A DNA stretch of 54,387 nucleotides. Source: Geosiphon pyriformis uo1. Its lineage: Eukaryota; Fungi; Glomeromycota. Positions 50,545 through 54,387 of the stretch are shown here, in pieces. The notes beneath the pieces are model-generated. The model was not told the DNA's origin and searched no databases. It saw nothing but the letters and a program-made list of their open reading frames with translations. Position numbers and translations under genes: made by a program. The number at the start of each line of letters is the position of its first letter. The first letter of the stretch is position 1. Where the stretch lies: positions 1 through 54,387 of the forward strand of contig JAAOMT010000479.1 of assembly GCA_016748015.1 (NCBI GenBank), in the 5' to 3' direction.

Positions 50545-53500
50545 ATGCTCGCTTTTAAAAAATATCAAACACAAAAGAATACATCAAAACCTACACAATT
50601 CTCTCAAACAAATTACAATTTTTTATCACCTAAAAAGCCCTCAAACTCATTTCCAAGCTCTTTAGAAACCGTAGACACCCAATTCAATCTTCAATCACAT
50701 GATATCTTTGTTTCAAACTCTGAATTATCATCACTCAAAGAACAAACATTTTTTGAAGCAATACAAAATTTAAATGTGATTACACNNNNNNNNNNNNNNN
50801 NNNNNNNNNNNNNNNNNNNNNNNNNNNNNNNNNNNNNNNNNNNNNNNNNNNNNNNNNNNNNNNNNNNNNNNNNNNNNNNNNNNNNNNNNNNNNNNNNNNN
50901 NNNNNNNNNNNNNNNNNNNNNNNNNNNNNNNNNNNNNNNNNNNNNNNNNNNNNNNNNNNNNNNNNNNNNNNNNNNNNNNNNNNNNNNNNNNNNNNNNNNN
51001 NNNNNNNNNNNNNNNNNNNNNNNNNNNNNNNNNNNNNNNNNNNNNNNNNNNNNNNNNNNNNNNNNNNNNNNNNNNNNNNNNNNNNNNNNNNNNNNNNNNN
51101 NNNNNNNNNNNNNNNNNNNNNNNNNNNNNNNNNNNNNNNNNNNNNNNNNNNNNNNNNNNNNNNNNNNNNNNNNNNNNNNNNNNNNNNNNNNNNNNNNNNN
51201 NNNNNNNNNNNNNNNNNNNNNNNNNNNNNNNNNNNNNNNNNNNNNNNNNNNNNNNNNNNNNNNNNNNNNNNNNNNNNNNNNNNNNNNNNNNNNNNNNNNN
51301 NNNNNNNNNNNNNNNNNNNNNNNNNNNNNNNNNNNNNNNNNNNNNNNNNNNNNNNNNNNNNNNNNNNNNNNNNNNNNNNNNNNNNNNNNNNNNNNNNNNN
51401 NNNNNNNNNNNNNNNNNNNNNNNNTATATAATTTGGTATTTCATATTAAAGAGCATTATAAACATTAAGTTTTTTGAAACACATTCAAACCCAAATATAA
51501 AATCAATAATCAATCATGATCTAAAAAAAGGGGTGATCCAAGATACCACAATTTTTATTATTATTAGATTTAACGTTGGTGTTTACCTTACGTCCTGTGA
51601 CCGAGTTAATACTTAGAGTCTTAATAAGGGAATCGTAAAATAAAATTTTCGATTCATCTCTAAATTTGAAACTAGCATTGCGCAATTTCAAGGTCAAATT
51701 GGGTATAGTTAATTTTCAAATTAGGGATAAAGACATATATGTATTAATCATGCTCAAAAATTCGTGTGTGGCGCCACTGATGTAAACGTTGGAGTAGAAA
51801 ATCATTTTCAAGCTGTGCAGTGAAATGTTACATGATTTTTTGTTGTGGCAATCCACCTCAATTTCGAAATGGAAAGCAACTTTGCAAAATTAAAAGAGAA
51901 AAAACTAGCTAGCAATAATACTTGCCTTGATTGCACCGAAGAGAAATCCACAGTTTTTTGTTTAAGAAATGTGATTTTCAACGCCTCAAGTCTGCATTTT
52001 CGACTTGGACGTCTGGGAATCAAGATATCGACAAATTTATTCAAAAAATTCAACTATTGGCCACTGGATATGCTGATTCATACCTGAAATGGATTCCTTT
52101 TGAAAACTCGAGCAATATAAGGAAGATTGCTGAGGCGGCTTCGGAACTGTTCATTCTGCTATCTGGCTGATAGGATGAAGTGCTGAAAAATACGAGGTTT
52201 AACCAAATGATGGTGGTAAAAAGCATTTGAGAATTCGGCATAAACCTCATTTAGTCGCTCTCAAAAATTTAAAAGATTCTCAAAACATAATCGAGAAATT
52301 TTTAGAGTTTATCTCAGAGAATTTGGTTATCTAGGATCTTATTAAAGGCTTAAAAAATTAATATGCCAAACAACTCAAAATAATTCCTAGCAAGATGTTG
52401 TATAAAACGAATTAATGAATCGAGATTTTAAGATTAAATTTAATATTCTTATGAGCTTTAAACATAATTTTCATGAAATTTAACATTATCAATTTTTAAT
52501 AATGATCAATTTCTTTGATAAATTATTCTCTCTAACGATTTCATCTGTTTAAGAATATAATCATATTTAAATTAGGAATCCTTACTATTGATATTACATG
52601 ATATAAAATCACAGATTATCTTGATTTTTTTCTCAAAAATTTGAATATCTACCAGAATTATAAAAATTATATCCTATTGACTATGTTGAAAATTATTATT
52701 TCATAAATTTCAAAGATAAAAGCAATAACTTAAATAGATTTGTACAAATAATATAATTTTTTTTTGAAAATAATAAAACATATATAAAAAAAAAGTAATT
52801 TGTTTAATTTATCACAAGAGTGTGAAACTTTTGAGATCGAGAATCAATTTTCAATATTGGAATAAAAATTCGGAAGATGAAAAACTCATGTATTTTTCCT
52901 TAAATTAATGCATTAAAAGATATTTTCATTTTTATAATCCAAAAATTAGAGTTCAAGGCCGAATTCAATAACAATATCTCAAAACATTGATGAATTTCAT
53001 TTTAAAATTCAAAAGGATTGCAAATTTTTATATTTAGAAAATTTTATAAATCGCAACTAAGTTTCTAACTAAAATACTTATGTATTTTCATGGAAATCCC
53101 ACAAACTTCATCTTTTTTTATTAATTCCAATATCTAATTTTATTTCTTTGTGAAGACCTTGATTTTCAATTTATTCTTATAAAACTTTTTATGAAATAAC
53201 AAATCTTAATAACCTTTAAACCTCGAAAGTTTATCATAAGTAATAATTGAATATTAAGACAATTTCCTTAAAATTGCACTGGGCGGTTATATTTACTAAC
53301 AAAAGACATTCCACTAAAACTTTATTGAAAACTAATATTAAATTTTCTATAATGCATAAGAAACTAATATTTCATCAACAAAACCAAATCAAACAACTAA
53401 ATTCTAAAACATAGTTCTTTGGACAGACGAACCTTCTATTCATATTGATTATTTCATATACAATGTCACAAAAAATGAGCTTTGCGACCCTGATAATACA

Positions 53501-54387
53501 CGAGCACCTGTTAAAATAGATATAAATATATCATGGACAAGATTTGAATATTTTGATTTGTACCCCTCATGTATAACTGGTGAAGCATTTGGAAATCTTA
53601 TATTAAATATAGTTAATTTAATGATTATTACTGCTGAAAAGCAATATTTTAAGAGCATATTACTCCAAATCACAAGTGCAGGCTTGTAAAAAACTCCAAG
53701 GTAATTTTGGAATTGACTTTTGATAGTCAATAGGTAGCTCAAAAAGAAAATTAAAACACAAACTTATAGCCTCTACACTCGCAAAAGTTTTAGCACTTTT
53801 GAAGAGAAACACGAATAAAAAAACATTGGATAAGAGAAACCAAATATTTTTTACCCATTAGAAAGTATTCCTTATGATGCTAGATTAAAAAAAAGTATCA
53901 GAACTTCAGCTTCTTTTTATTTAAAACTTCGATTGTTATTGATCTTTATACCAATGCCTGAATTAAACAAGCAGTGTGTGTGTGTGTGCTAAGCATTTCT
54001 AAAATAAAAGACCTGGTAGATCTCGAGCAATAGCACATTCTAAATTTTCTAATTTAAAAATTTTAAAAATGAAAATTAATACTAATTTGCAAAATCCATT
54101 CTTCAATCAATCCTTTTATATCATTTACAAGTTTTTAATGGAAGCGGTGTTTTTTTAACATGTTATGGCGTATCTTATGATCCTCAAATCAATAAATATA
54201 TCTGGTAATGAAATTTGCATAAAAAGGCTTTTTGGGTGACGAAATTTCCCAATTTGAAGTGGCTTGGCAAGCTCAAGATTCTTCAAGAAATTTCTTATGA
54301 TCTCTCATTCTTTAAATTTGATGAATTGCGATCACCATAGTGAAAATATTTCGAAATCATTAATTTGGACATTCATCGCTGATTTCG
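50545..54387 (+). pseudogene. Kinase pseudogene (right copy, partial)
   Basis: WTSGNQDIDKFIQKIQLLATGYADSYLKWIPF (about 52006-52100), VALKNLKDSQ (52254), CYGVSYDP (about 54160), DHHSENI, FIADF at the window end; same lesions as the left copy. Confidence 0.85.
50786..51424. other. Assembly gap (639 N)
   Basis: Run of N at the position homologous to the left-arm gap. Confidence 0.99.

Larger units (their letters stand above)
50443..54387. repeat. Right arm of long inverted repeat (truncated by window end)
   Basis: Reverse complement of 692-4067, plus an extra 92 bp at 51720-51811. Confidence 0.97.

Noticed and set aside
692-54387. Giant TIR transposon or Starship carrying 46 kb of cargo
   Set aside because: The arms are kinase pseudogenes; there is no intact transposase or captain recombinase at either end and no TSD can be evaluated.

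Overview
AT-rich, intron-containing fungal DNA. The gene families (MATA-type HMG boxes with an upstream PFPP motif, Sel1 repeats, a WTSGN...WIP...DLHSGNI-type kinase, an RNase H-bearing LINE) point to Glomeromycotina, possibly Geosiphon-like (inference). The window is bracketed by a long, near-identical inverted duplication of a dead kinase gene (692-4067 versus 50443-54387, the right arm running off the window) enclosing about 46.4 kb. Inside are two convergent intronless HMG-box genes, a Sel1-repeat gene, a small zinc-binding gene, a PB1-like gene, a disabled secreted acid phosphatase, two small secreted-protein candidates, a full-length 6.8 kb LINE with a 10-bp TSD inserted in a tyrosine-recombinase-N-terminal-like pseudogene, and a Tc1 fragment. 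Not visible in the ORF track are two decayed RNA-guided nuclease genes of different types: a Fanzor1-like remnant (minus, about 29.3-30.3 kb, followed by a hyper-AT block) and a Fanzor2/IS607-TnpB-like remnant (plus, about 46.6-48.35 kb) with all three RuvC catalytic codons and a structured 3' tail. All calls come from manual translation and motif recognition; no database search was run.
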